Part shown: positions 1-9,300 of the stretch, piece after piece
Position numbering within the stretch: position 1 is the first letter of the stretch
Layout: each line of letters begins with the position of its first letter
Virus record (IMG/VR): IMGVR_UViG_3300009993_000002
Source: an uncultured virus (IMG/VR IMGVR_UViG_3300009993_000002)
Lineage: Duplodnaviria > Heunggongvirae > Uroviricota > Caudoviricetes
DNA length: 64,000 bases
Strand: one strand, 5' to 3'
Made by a program: the position numbers and the translations under genes
The notes under the pieces: generated by a model
Told to the model about the DNA's origin: nothing
Seen by the model: only the letters and a program-made list of their open reading frames with translations
Databases searched by the model: none

Positions 1-520
1 ACCTACATGACAGGAGGATTCTTCTGTTCTTAAAGAGTGGGTGTTTGTGCAGGTCAGGGCCTGAGTAGGGCCCTCGATACGTTCGTTTTTCCAAACCTAG
101 AGCACAGTTTTCTGAGTGGACATTTAAGGATGAATCGGACACGAATACCCCACCCTGCTCCGCTCAGGTCAGGGTTGAGGCCGACATCCTGAACCCTGAC
201 CTCTCTGGAAAAGATCAGCACTGTGAGCTGGGAGGATTAACTCAAATCCTCTAGGCGATCTCCATGGTGGGGTTAGGGGTACGGCGTCTTGCGTTCTTCC
301 GGATTCGAATCGGGCGAATCGGATCGCGAACCCGCAGGTCAGGCCACATGACATACCCTGGGGTGGTATTAAATCGGACTTATTTGGAGTTAATCTACAT
401 TTAGGGCTGGCATACGGCGTGGTCATGTCAAGTTGACCTCTAGAATCAGGACATCCTGGGAGAAAGTTCGTACCTCTGCACCCCGGTACGATGCAGGCAC
501 CGACACGCTGGAGGTACCTG

Positions 521-1009
521 ATGGCAGCCGCTGGAACCACCGCATCGCTCGACGTCTACCCGCCGGACTTCGGCTCCGCGATCGGACAGATCCGGGCCCT
601 CATCCCCGACGTGGAGCAGGTGGACTACTCCGATACCGGCACGTCGGAGTACATGTTCTCGGACTCGCACCTGCGGGGCCTGTACGCCATCGCCATGGGG
701 GACGGCTCGGCCAAGGTGTACCGGGCGGCGGCCTCCGCGCTGCGCGCCCTCGCGGTTTCCGAGGGTCTGATCCAGAAGGTCATCCGAACGGAAGACCTCC
801 AGACGGACGGCGCGAAGCTGGCCGGTGCTCTGCTCTCGGCGGCGAAGCAGCTCGACGACCAGGCGAACTCGGCCGACGAGGACTCCGAGATCATGGCGAT
901 CGTGGACTTCCAGCCGCTTCCGCAGGACGGCTTCCCCCTCTCACTCCACGGGTTCCCCGCAGAGTGGATGGTCGGAGCGGGGGGCGCGACCTTCTCTCGC
1001 TGGCTTTGA
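521..1009 (+). CDS. Putative head-to-tail adaptor
   Basis: GGAGG RBS before ATG 521; 'IGQIRALIPD...MFSD...AAASALRALA' resembles actinophage adaptors; first gene of the connector block. Confidence 0.7.
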   Translation: MAAAGTTASLDVYPPDFGSAIGQIRALIPDVEQVDYSDTGTSEYMFSDSHLRGLYAIAMGDGSAKVYRAAASALRALAVSEGLIQKVIRTEDLQTDGAKLAGALLSAAKQLDDQANSADEDSEIMAIVDFQPLPQDGFPLSLHGFPAEWMVGAGGATFSRWL

Positions 1010-1112
1010 CAAGGGTTCCTCGCCAGAAGAGGTGAAGATTCCTGGAACTTGGATCCTACTGATCCGTAGGCGGGTAGCTTCCCTGGATCCAGCTTTCAAG
1101 AAGGCAGGGACC

Positions 1113-1301
1113 ATGGAAAAGAAGGACTTCGAGCCGCCGATCGTGATCGGTCAGGAAGGAGACTTGATCCACATCTCCTACGACCAGGTGGAAGTGGACA
1201 TTCCCCAGAAGGGCCCGATCCCCGAGGGAACGCCGCCGATGGCGTGTCGCATCTTCAAGGCGCTGATGGGCGATCTTCCAGGGCGTTTGCGTGCAGAATA
1301 G
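1113..1301 (+). CDS. Small hypothetical protein
   Basis: MEKKDFEPP..., GC3-biased codons, fills the gap between connector genes. Confidence 0.5.
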   Translation: MEKKDFEPPIVIGQEGDLIHISYDQVEVDIPQKGPIPEGTPPMACRIFKALMGDLPGRLRAE

Positions 1302-1306
1302 GCTGC

Positions 1307-1876
1307 ATGGCCTCACTCAACAGGCGTTCCGCCCTGGACCCGCGCTGGCAACTGCACCAGCGTTCGGTTCCCCGTGGGCACATGAATGCGGCGGTCGAGA
1401 TTTTCCGCAGGCCGTCGCAGGGTGGTGAGTACGGATTCGACCCCCTCTCGGGCGGCCTGACGATTCCGGACGGCCAGGGTGGCGAGAAGTTCCCCGAGCT
1501 GATCCTGCTGTACCGGGGCCCGGGGCGCATCGTGAACAACAAGGACTGGCGTGCCAGGGTCCGGACCCAGCGTGGCGACATGGGCACAGACCACGCGATC
1601 CGCGTGCAGGTTCCGATCCGGACGTGCCCACCGGTACACGCGAACGACCTGGTACGCGCGATCGAGCCGGACCCCAACGATCCGGAACTCGGGCACCTGA
1701 TCCTCGGTGACCCGGAGCTGGTCCATTACCTTCTCCATGTGCGAAACCCGCTCATGTCCTCGAACGCATGGCTGAGGAATGTCCTCTGCGACGTGGACGC
1801 GGCGCACCCGCAGACGCTGCCGCCGCCGTTCTCGATGGAGCCTGTCGCCGCGAACTTCGGCGTCATGGGTCCTTGA
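1307..1876 (+). CDS. Putative head-to-tail stopper (DUF6093-like)
   Basis: 'LYRGPGRI...IRVQVPI...DLVRAI...RNVLCD' pattern and position. Confidence 0.6.
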   Translation: MASLNRRSALDPRWQLHQRSVPRGHMNAAVEIFRRPSQGGEYGFDPLSGGLTIPDGQGGEKFPELILLYRGPGRIVNNKDWRARVRTQRGDMGTDHAIRVQVPIRTCPPVHANDLVRAIEPDPNDPELGHLILGDPELVHYLLHVRNPLMSSNAWLRNVLCDVDAAHPQTLPPPFSMEPVAANFGVMGP

Positions 1877-1895
1877 CCAGGGGAGAGGAAACTAC

Positions 1896-2810
1896 GTGGG
1901 CCTGAAGATTGCGCTGCTCAGCCGGGACAACGGCGTGGGCCTCTCGCTTGACGCCAATCTCCTGACCGACATGTTCGAATCTGCGGGCCACGAGGTCAAC
2001 TTTTTCGACTGGCAGGAAAGCGCAATGCCGCGTGCCGACGTGGCAATTCACCTCGAACTTGTCAGCAAGAACCTTGCGCAGTATGCCGACAAGAACATCG
2101 CCGTCCTGAACCTGGAATGGTTTCCGGCGGAATGGATGAAATACATTCCGGCCTTCGACCAGATCTGGGCGAAGAGTGCCTACGCCCTTCGCTTCTGCCG
2201 GAACCGGGGCGGCAAGAACGTGCAGCTCACCGGCTTTCTCGGCACCGACATCTACGATCCGACCGTGGAGCGCAAGCTGAAGTGCGTCCACCTGCGCGGC
2301 CGGTCGATGATGAAGGGAACCGAGCAGGTCATCGGGGCATGGGTCGGCGACACCACGCTGCCCCCGCTCACGATCATCTCGAAGGACCCGGTACACATCC
2401 CGGCGGAGCTGGAGAAGCGCGTCACCGTGGTCATGTCGCCCTCCGACGAGGAGCGCAACCGCTTGATGAACGAGGCGGAGATCCACGTCTGCCCGTCCAT
2501 CGCGGAGGGGTGGGGCCACTACATCACCGAGGGCATGTCGGTGGGCGGGGTGGTCGTGACCACCGACGCTTCCCCGATGAACGAGCACATTCGGCCCGAG
2601 TGGGGCTACCTGCTCGGAGTCACCCAGACGCGCCTGCACCACCAGGCCGTCCTGACGTACACCACGTCAAAGCTGATCGCCGAGGCGGTACGCCGGGCCG
2701 CTGCCCTCGATCCGGAGAAGCGGCACAAGGTGGGCCAGGTGGCGCGCGACCGCTTTCTCCGGCGGAACGCGGAGTTCAGAGAAGTCGCACTGAGGCTGGT
2801 GGAGCGGTGA
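1896..2810 (+). CDS. Glycosyltransferase, GT-B fold (GT4-like)
   Basis: 'HVCPSIAEGWGHYITEGMSVGGVVVTTDASPMNE' carries the EX7E motif; GAGAGG RBS before GTG 1896. Confidence 0.85.
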   Translation: MGLKIALLSRDNGVGLSLDANLLTDMFESAGHEVNFFDWQESAMPRADVAIHLELVSKNLAQYADKNIAVLNLEWFPAEWMKYIPAFDQIWAKSAYALRFCRNRGGKNVQLTGFLGTDIYDPTVERKLKCVHLRGRSMMKGTEQVIGAWVGDTTLPPLTIISKDPVHIPAELEKRVTVVMSPSDEERNRLMNEAEIHVCPSIAEGWGHYITEGMSVGGVVVTTDASPMNEHIRPEWGYLLGVTQTRLHHQAVLTYTTSKLIAEAVRRAAALDPEKRHKVGQVARDRFLRRNAEFREVALRLVER

Positions 2811-3634
2811 AGCACATAGTCCTGGTTCCGGCCTGGCGCAGGCCCGACATGCTGCACGCCTGCCTGACCAGGCTCTCCAAGGCGGCCACCGATGACGTGC
2901 GCGTGGTGGTCAGCCTGGACCGGCAAGGAACCTTCGAGTGCCGACAGGTGGCGCAGTCGTTCTCCACCTCCTTCGCCGACATCTACCTGCGGGTCATGAA
3001 CCACCACCAGTTCCACGGGAACTCCTACAACGTGCTCTCCGGGGTCACCGATGTGCTGAAGCTGGGCGGCGACCTGATCCACGTCGTGGAGGACGACATC
3101 ATGGTCTCCCTCGGGTACTTCGCCTTCCATGAGGCGGCGCACGAGGCGGCGCCGGACGCCTTCGCCGTGAGCGCCTGCAAGAACCAGAACCTCCTGGGCG
3201 ATCCGCCTGCGCTGGCCTACCGGCATGCCTCCTATCAGTCGCTCGGAGTCTCCTTCCGGCCGGACGTGGCCCGCCAGGTGGTCAAGCACGGCACCCCGGC
3301 CTACTTCGGCAACATGGTGGAGTACTGCAAGCGGACCTTCCCTGGGAGCCTGATCCCCCCGGGCCACGCCGAGCAGGACGGTCTCTTCAACCGGGTGCGC
3401 GAGAGTCGGAGGGGTGTCACGGTCTACGCGGCCCAGCCGCGTGCATTTCATGCTGGTTTCTACGGATACAACCGGTCAGGCATGAAGCTCGGTGGCTCAA
3501 TCGGACGCCGGTCGGAGAAGATTCTCTCGATGACGACCGAGGAGATGAACCAGATGGCCGGTTCCATCAAGGATCATGAGGTCATCGACCTGGATCAGAA
3601 CCTGCCGGTCGACGAGGTGAGGGAGGCCCTGTAA
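2807..3634 (+). CDS. Glycosyltransferase, GT-A fold (GT2-like)
   Basis: N-terminal 'VLVPAWRRPDML', 'VVSLD' and 'VVEDD' DxD-like motif; GTGA overlap with the upstream gene. Confidence 0.75.
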   Translation: MKHIVLVPAWRRPDMLHACLTRLSKAATDDVRVVVSLDRQGTFECRQVAQSFSTSFADIYLRVMNHHQFHGNSYNVLSGVTDVLKLGGDLIHVVEDDIMVSLGYFAFHEAAHEAAPDAFAVSACKNQNLLGDPPALAYRHASYQSLGVSFRPDVARQVVKHGTPAYFGNMVEYCKRTFPGSLIPPGHAEQDGLFNRVRESRRGVTVYAAQPRAFHAGFYGYNRSGMKLGGSIGRRSEKILSMTTEEMNQMAGSIKDHEVIDLDQNLPVDEVREAL

Positions 3635-4044
3635 TGGCCCAGATCGGCATCAAGTACAACTACCAGTTCGGTGGCGCCAAGCGGTACTACGGTGGCGGAA
3701 CTCCGAACGGCGCGTTCGACATCGGCCTTTCCGCTTTCGTGATCGACCACCTGAACAAGTCCCGCCAGAAGCTGGTTCTGGACATGTCGAACTCGCGACG
3801 CCGGGGCGAGGGGCTGGTGCGGGCGAAGTCGCGCGTCGACACCGGCAAGATGAAGTCCTCGGTCACCGGCACGGGTGACTTCGGAACGGACATCCTGAAG
3901 ATCTCCTTCGGCTGGGAGAGCTTCAATCCGTACTACGCCCCGTTCCAGGAGTTCGGTACGCGCAACGGCATCACGCCGATGATGGCCGTGCTCGACGCCT
4001 TCAACCAGGTGACGGCGGAACTCCAGTCGCGCATCGGAAGGTGA
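3634..4044 (+). CDS. HK97 gp10-like neck/tail completion protein
   Basis: 'RVDTGKMKSS...YAPFQEFGT' signature. Confidence 0.8.
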   Translation: MAQIGIKYNYQFGGAKRYYGGGTPNGAFDIGLSAFVIDHLNKSRQKLVLDMSNSRRRGEGLVRAKSRVDTGKMKSSVTGTGDFGTDILKISFGWESFNPYYAPFQEFGTRNGITPMMAVLDAFNQVTAELQSRIGR

Positions 4045-4047
4045 CCC

Positions 4048-4533
4048 GTGGTTTCCCTCCTGGACTGGCAGCTCGACATCTACAACCGCCTGGATACAGG
4101 GCTGCCCAATACGCCTGTTTTTCTCGAAGGCGTTCCTGAGAACACGGACATCGTGAAGGACCCGTCAGGCTTCTACAAGCCGAGTCTGATTCTCTGGTTC
4201 GGCCAGGCGTTTGACCTCTCCGGGTTCGGTGGCCGCATTTCCGTGGCGGACCTCTGCGGCCTTTCCGGAGAGGACAAGGGCATCACGAAGCAGGCCGGTT
4301 TCATCGTGGAGTCGGTGGCCCCCTCTGGCCTGTCCCTGCTTCAGCTAGCGCAGGCGGCTCGCGACCTTCTGGTGGGATACGCGCCGCTCCAGCAGGGTGA
4401 GATCAGTGAAGCGGGTTCCGGAACAGTGCGTGATCCCTACCCAGTTGGCGTCGGCGACACTCTGCGTTTCTATCTCGCGATCGGATTCCGGGGGATCGTG
4501 AATGTAGGCCAGCACACGGGCGCAGGTTCCTGA
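4048..4533 (+). CDS. Putative tail terminator
   Basis: Size and position between the gp10-like gene and major tail gene. Confidence 0.55.
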   Translation: MVSLLDWQLDIYNRLDTGLPNTPVFLEGVPENTDIVKDPSGFYKPSLILWFGQAFDLSGFGGRISVADLCGLSGEDKGITKQAGFIVESVAPSGLSLLQLAQAARDLLVGYAPLQQGEISEAGSGTVRDPYPVGVGDTLRFYLAIGFRGIVNVGQHTGAGS

Positions 4534-4626
4534 CGGAATTCACGTCGGGCGTCCTACGTCCCGAGCGGGCTCTTTCACGGTTAGACTCCGGGCAGGCACG
4601 ATCATGCCTTCCGGCCGGAGGTACGA

Positions 4627-5193
4627 ATGGCAGCAGTCAAGAGTCTCCCTCCGTCCCTCACGATCTGGTGGGTGGACGAGAGCGACCAGACGTCGCTCGG
4701 ATACGAGGGAACGTACGGCGAGGGTTTCGCGGACATCGACCACCCGACCGCCGCAGAGATCAACGCGGGTCTGAACATCTCCTGCGCCCTGACGACCGAC
4801 ATCACGCTCGGTTGGACGGACCGGGACACGGACGACACCCGTGGTCTCTGCGACGACTCGAACGTGGCGACGCCGACCGCGAAGAACTACGAAGGTCAGC
4901 TCAACATCTTCCTGGACCGCGACCCGAACAAGCTCGACCCGTCGATCTACAACGACGTGATGCGCCTGTTCAAGAAGCCCCTGCGGTCCGGGTACCTGGT
5001 GCAGCGGATCTCGAAGCACCCGGTCAACAACCCGACGGCGTCGAACACCGACTGGGTCACCGTCTTCAAGTTCCTTTCCGGTGACCCGAACGTGATCAAC
5101 GACGCCACGGCCCCGCTTCAGCTTCAGCCCACGTTCTACGCACAGGGTCAGTCCTCGGACGGCCTGGTGCAGGTGGGCAGCACCGGAAGCTGA
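4627..5193 (+). CDS. Major tail (tube) protein
   Basis: 'PTAAEINAGLNISCAL...LCD' typical of actinophage tail tubes; GGAGG RBS. Confidence 0.85.
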   Translation: MAAVKSLPPSLTIWWVDESDQTSLGYEGTYGEGFADIDHPTAAEINAGLNISCALTTDITLGWTDRDTDDTRGLCDDSNVATPTAKNYEGQLNIFLDRDPNKLDPSIYNDVMRLFKKPLRSGYLVQRISKHPVNNPTASNTDWVTVFKFLSGDPNVINDATAPLQLQPTFYAQGQSSDGLVQVGSTGS

Positions 5194-5221
5194 CGACTCG
5201 TACGACCGAAGGAACGGACGC

Positions 5222-6031
5222 ATGACGCAGGAAACGACGGTGCCGGGCAGCCCGGAGCCCGGCCCCGACAACTTCAGCTTCGAGGACTACCTCGAAGGCC
5301 ACTCGACCTTTCCCGTCTTCGAGCACACTGCTTACCTCGACCAGCGAAGCGGCGCCGAGCTGGGCGTCGTGGACGAGGATCTGGCGGCGCTCACCCACCA
5401 GCTCGGCGTGGTCGAGGGGCAGATCCGCAAGCGGATCGAGTCCTCGGCGAACTCCTTCGTCGACTCGGTGCTCGACAACCTGAACGAGCAGAGGGAAGAG
5501 CTGGAGCGGGAGATCCAGAAGTTCTCCGCGCGCCGCGAGGAACTTCGCAAGAAGATCATCGAGACCAGCATCACCCTCGTCTTCCAGGTCAAGACGCCGG
5601 AGGAGCTGGGCACGGTCACCCGCGAGGCGACCCGTCAGTTCCACAAGGAGAACCCGAACTTCAAGGACGCGAGCGAGAACGATCTCGACTACATCACCGC
5701 TCGCAGCCGCTACACCCTGACGGCGCAGATCGCCCACTTCTGCATCGAGGTCAGGCTGGCGGACGGCCGAGTCGTACCGGCCCCCACCCGCAGCGGCGCC
5801 GACATGCTCCTGAAGAAGCTCATCGCCTCCGAGACGATGCGCCTGATGGAGTCCGTAGGCAACGGTCTGTCGGCCTCTCGCGACTGGGCTGACAAGATCG
5901 ATGCCGGGTTTCCTGGCGGAAGCCCTGACGTGGAAGAAGTCGGCGTGGCTGAAGCCGATCCTGAAGACCGCCCGGTCGTGGAACGTGCCGCCCCTGACGA
6001 TGATCACGGGTCAGCCGAGCGACTGGTCTGA
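5222..6031 (+). CDS. Tail assembly chaperone (G)
   Basis: Between tail tube and tape measure; acidic coiled-coil protein. Confidence 0.75.
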   Translation: MTQETTVPGSPEPGPDNFSFEDYLEGHSTFPVFEHTAYLDQRSGAELGVVDEDLAALTHQLGVVEGQIRKRIESSANSFVDSVLDNLNEQREELEREIQKFSARREELRKKIIETSITLVFQVKTPEELGTVTREATRQFHKENPNFKDASENDLDYITARSRYTLTAQIAHFCIEVRLADGRVVPAPTRSGADMLLKKLIASETMRLMESVGNGLSASRDWADKIDAGFPGGSPDVEEVGVAEADPEDRPVVERAAPDDDHGSAERLV

Positions 6032-6335
6032 GGAGCGCAACCGCAAGCTGGCCATGGCTCTGACGATCCTGGAGGAGGAGACGTGCAAGTCCTGCGGAAC
6101 ACCCGCCTGGATCGGCATGTCGACGAACAACGAGATCGTCTTCGACCTCAAGGGCGCGATCTGTTACGGCTGCGCAGAGATCGAGAAGGAGCGCGAGGAC
6201 GCCGAGAAGCGGCGCGGAAAGTCCCGCCAGAAGGGGGAGACCCGGTACGTCTCCCCACGTAACGTATGGGGCGCGGGTCATCCACTTCCCTCCCGGGCGC
6301 ACGCGTATCAGCACGACATGCCTGACGGCAATTGA
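5901..6335 (+). CDS. Tail assembly chaperone C-terminal extension (T), probably reached by frameshift
   Basis: Overlaps G by 131 nt in the +1 frame; two CxxC pairs; GGG TTT C at 5906-5912. Confidence 0.65.
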   Translation: MPGFLAEALTWKKSAWLKPILKTARSWNVPPLTMITGQPSDWSEERNRKLAMALTILEEETCKSCGTPAWIGMSTNNEIVFDLKGAICYGCAEIEKEREDAEKRRGKSRQKGETRYVSPRNVWGAGHPLPSRAHAYQHDMPDGN

Positions 6336-6348
6336 AGCGGAGGTCTAG

Positions 6349-9300
6349 GTGGCGACGTCGTTCGATGCGACGGCGAGGATCAACCTCGACATCCGCGCGT
6401 TCGCGCAGGGGGCCCAGGCCGTCACCAAGTCCGGTGGCGAAATGGAGAAGGTCTTCTCCAACCTGAACTCCGTTCTCAGTAAGGTCGCGAATGTTGAAAG
6501 CGGCCTTGCTGCGAAGCTCAGGACGTCGCTCACCGTCTACAACCAGATCGCCACCGCCACCAAGAACTACGCTTCCGCCGTTCAGGCGCTCCAGAAGAAC
6601 GAGGCTTCTGGAGCGAACGGCGCCAAGCTGATGACGCAGGCTTTTCAGCAGCTCCGATCCGCCCTTGCGCAGGTGCAGGGAATCAGCGAGAAGGAGTATC
6701 AGCGTCTCAATCGGACCGTCACGCTGTACACGAAGATGGCCGCCGCGATCAATGCGCTGGCCAGTGCGCAGAAGTCGATGTCGTCCATCACGCAGAACGC
6801 CATCTCCGCCCAGCAGAAGGAGGAGCAGGCCAAGAGGAAGGCGGCCGAGACCTCCCAGCGGCTCGCCCTCGAAGAGCAGAAGCTGTCGCTCCAGCGGGAG
6901 AAGCTGGCGCAGTCAGCACAGCGCATCGCGCAGCAGGAGCAGGCCCTGGCCAACTCCCGGGCCCGCGTAGCGCAGGCAACCCAGAACGCCAATCAGTCGA
7001 CGGTCTCCTTCTCGGGCTCGACCTTCGCCCTGCGCAACACCGTCGGCGAGCTGGAGAGCGCCTTCCAGTCGCTGTTCAATGTCCTGACGAAGATCCCCAC
7101 AGCATTCGCCAGCGCGGCCATCTCGCAGGAAGCCGCGTTCGCCCAGGTCGCCCGTGTCGTTGGCGAGACGGAAGCGGCCTCGGTCGGCCTGCTCGCGAGG
7201 TTCCAGGAGATCGCCCAGCAGGCGCCTATCTCCTTCGAGGAAGTGGCCCGCATCGGTCAGCTCGGTGCGGCCATCGGTATTTCCTCGCAGAACCTGGGCG
7301 ACTTCACCGACACCATCGTGAAGTTCTCGCTGACCACAGGCGTGGCATCCGAGGAGGCCACGATTCTGCTCGGGCGTATCGCACAGATGCAGAACGTGCC
7401 GGTCTCCGAGATCGATCAGCTCGGCTCGGCGATTCTCGCCCTGGGTACCGCCTCGGCCGCGACCGACCAGGAGATCCTGCGCGTCAACGCCTCGATCGCC
7501 ACCGTGTCGAACCTGTTCGGCCTCACGGCTCAGCAGACGGCCGGTCTGTCGGCCGCCCTCGCCACCCTCCAGGTTCGCCCTGAGCTGTCGCGTGGTGCCC
7601 TGACCCGCGTGTTCAACGAACTCAGCCTGGCCGTGAGCGACGGCGGCACCGAGCTGTCGAAGCTGGCCACCGTGATGGGCATGACCGACGAGGAGGTCAC
7701 CAAGCTCTTCAACAACCCGGGCACGCGCGGCGACTTCCTGCTGGCCTTCATCCAGGGCCTGAGCCGGGCGGCCGGAGTGGGTGGTGACGTCCAGGGCGTC
7801 CTGCGCGAGCTGGGCGTCAACGCAGTCCGTGACATCGACGTGTTCTCGCGACTCGCGAACAACGTGGACATCGTCAGCGAGTCCTTCGACCGGGCCAACC
7901 TGGAGTTCGCCCGGGGAACCGAGCTGAACCGGCAGTCGAAGGGCATCTACGAGACCACGTCGGCCGAACTCCAGAACCTCTCCGACGCCTTCAAGACGCT
8001 GCTGGCCACCCTCGGCGGCCCGCTGGCCACGGCCATCGGCGGGGTCGCGGCGAACCTGGCCGAGGTCATCGGCTTCTTCGCACACCTCGGCCCGGTGGTG
8101 CCCATCGTGGGTACGCTCACGGCAGTCGTCATCTCGGCCGGTGCCGCCTGGGCCCTGTACCAGCTCGCACTGTCGAAGACGATCCAGTCTCTGATCGCCA
8201 CCAGGGAACTCCAGGCCCGCCTCGGAGTGACGACGCTGAACGCGAAGACGGCGTTCGACGTCTACCGGGGAAGCGCCCTGGGTGCCGCCCAGGCGACGAC
8301 CACGGCCACCCAGAGCGTGAGCGCCTACACGTCCGCCACGGGGCGGCTCGCGGTCGCCACGGCCCAGGCGACCACCTCGTACCGCGCGAACCTCATCACG
8401 AACCAGCAGGCGGCTGTGGCGGCAACGCAGGCCGTGGCCGGGACGAACGCCCAGGCGCGTGCCGTATCCGGAGCGCTGCCCGGATTCCGGGCCTACGCCA
8501 TCGCGACCGACTTCGCGGCCCAGGCGACGGCGCGCAACACCGCAGCACAGGTGGCTTCGGTGCCGACGACAAGGGCACTGGCCAACGCCGCCGCCCTGGC
8601 CGCCGTTCCCCTGCGCCAGCAGGCCACCGCCACGGCGGCGAACACGGCTGCCCAGGCTGCCTTCCGCACCGGCACCTTCGCCTCGGCGACGTCGATGCAG
8701 CAGTATGCGGCCTCGGCCAACACGGCAGTCCTGGCCCAGCGTGGCCTGGCCACCCAGACCGCGCTTACCAACACGGCTGTTACGGCAGGTGCGGCGAACA
8801 CGGCTCGTGCCACGACGGCCATCGCCTCCACCGGCATTGCGGCCCGCGCCGCCGCATTCGCGTTCGGCCCCTGGGGTCTGGCGATTTCGACGGCGGCCAT
8901 TCTCCTGGGTCCGCTCATCGGCAAGATGTTCGACTTCCGCTCGGAGTCGGAGAGGATCGCTTCGGCCGCCTTCGAGGCGAGCGGTGGCACCACGGCCCTG
9001 GCCAACGCAATCAAGGCCGATACCGACGCGGCGGTCAAGGCGGCCGGGAGCGTCAAGAACTACAACGAGGCGGTCCGGAACGGGTCGCAGGAGGCGCTGA
9101 ACTCGATCGGCGTCTACCGCACGATCACCACCACGAAGAGCGACCTCGCCGACGCCGACCAGAAGTCGGCCGAGGCAGCCCGCGCCCAGGCGCGGGAGCA
9201 GATCCGCGCGATCGAGGCGACCAAGGGATCGAAGGAAGCACTGGAGGCCCAGGCCGAGGGGCATGGCACGGGAGCCCAGGCCGCCGCCCGCTACCTGCGT

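Noticed and set aside
296..335. TTCGAATC T-loop-like sequence
   Set aside because: No cloverleaf or acceptor stem could be built
8270..8830. Ala/Thr/Gln-rich quasi-repeats in the tape measure
   Set aside because: Normal low-complexity tape-measure sequence, no discrete DNA repeat unit
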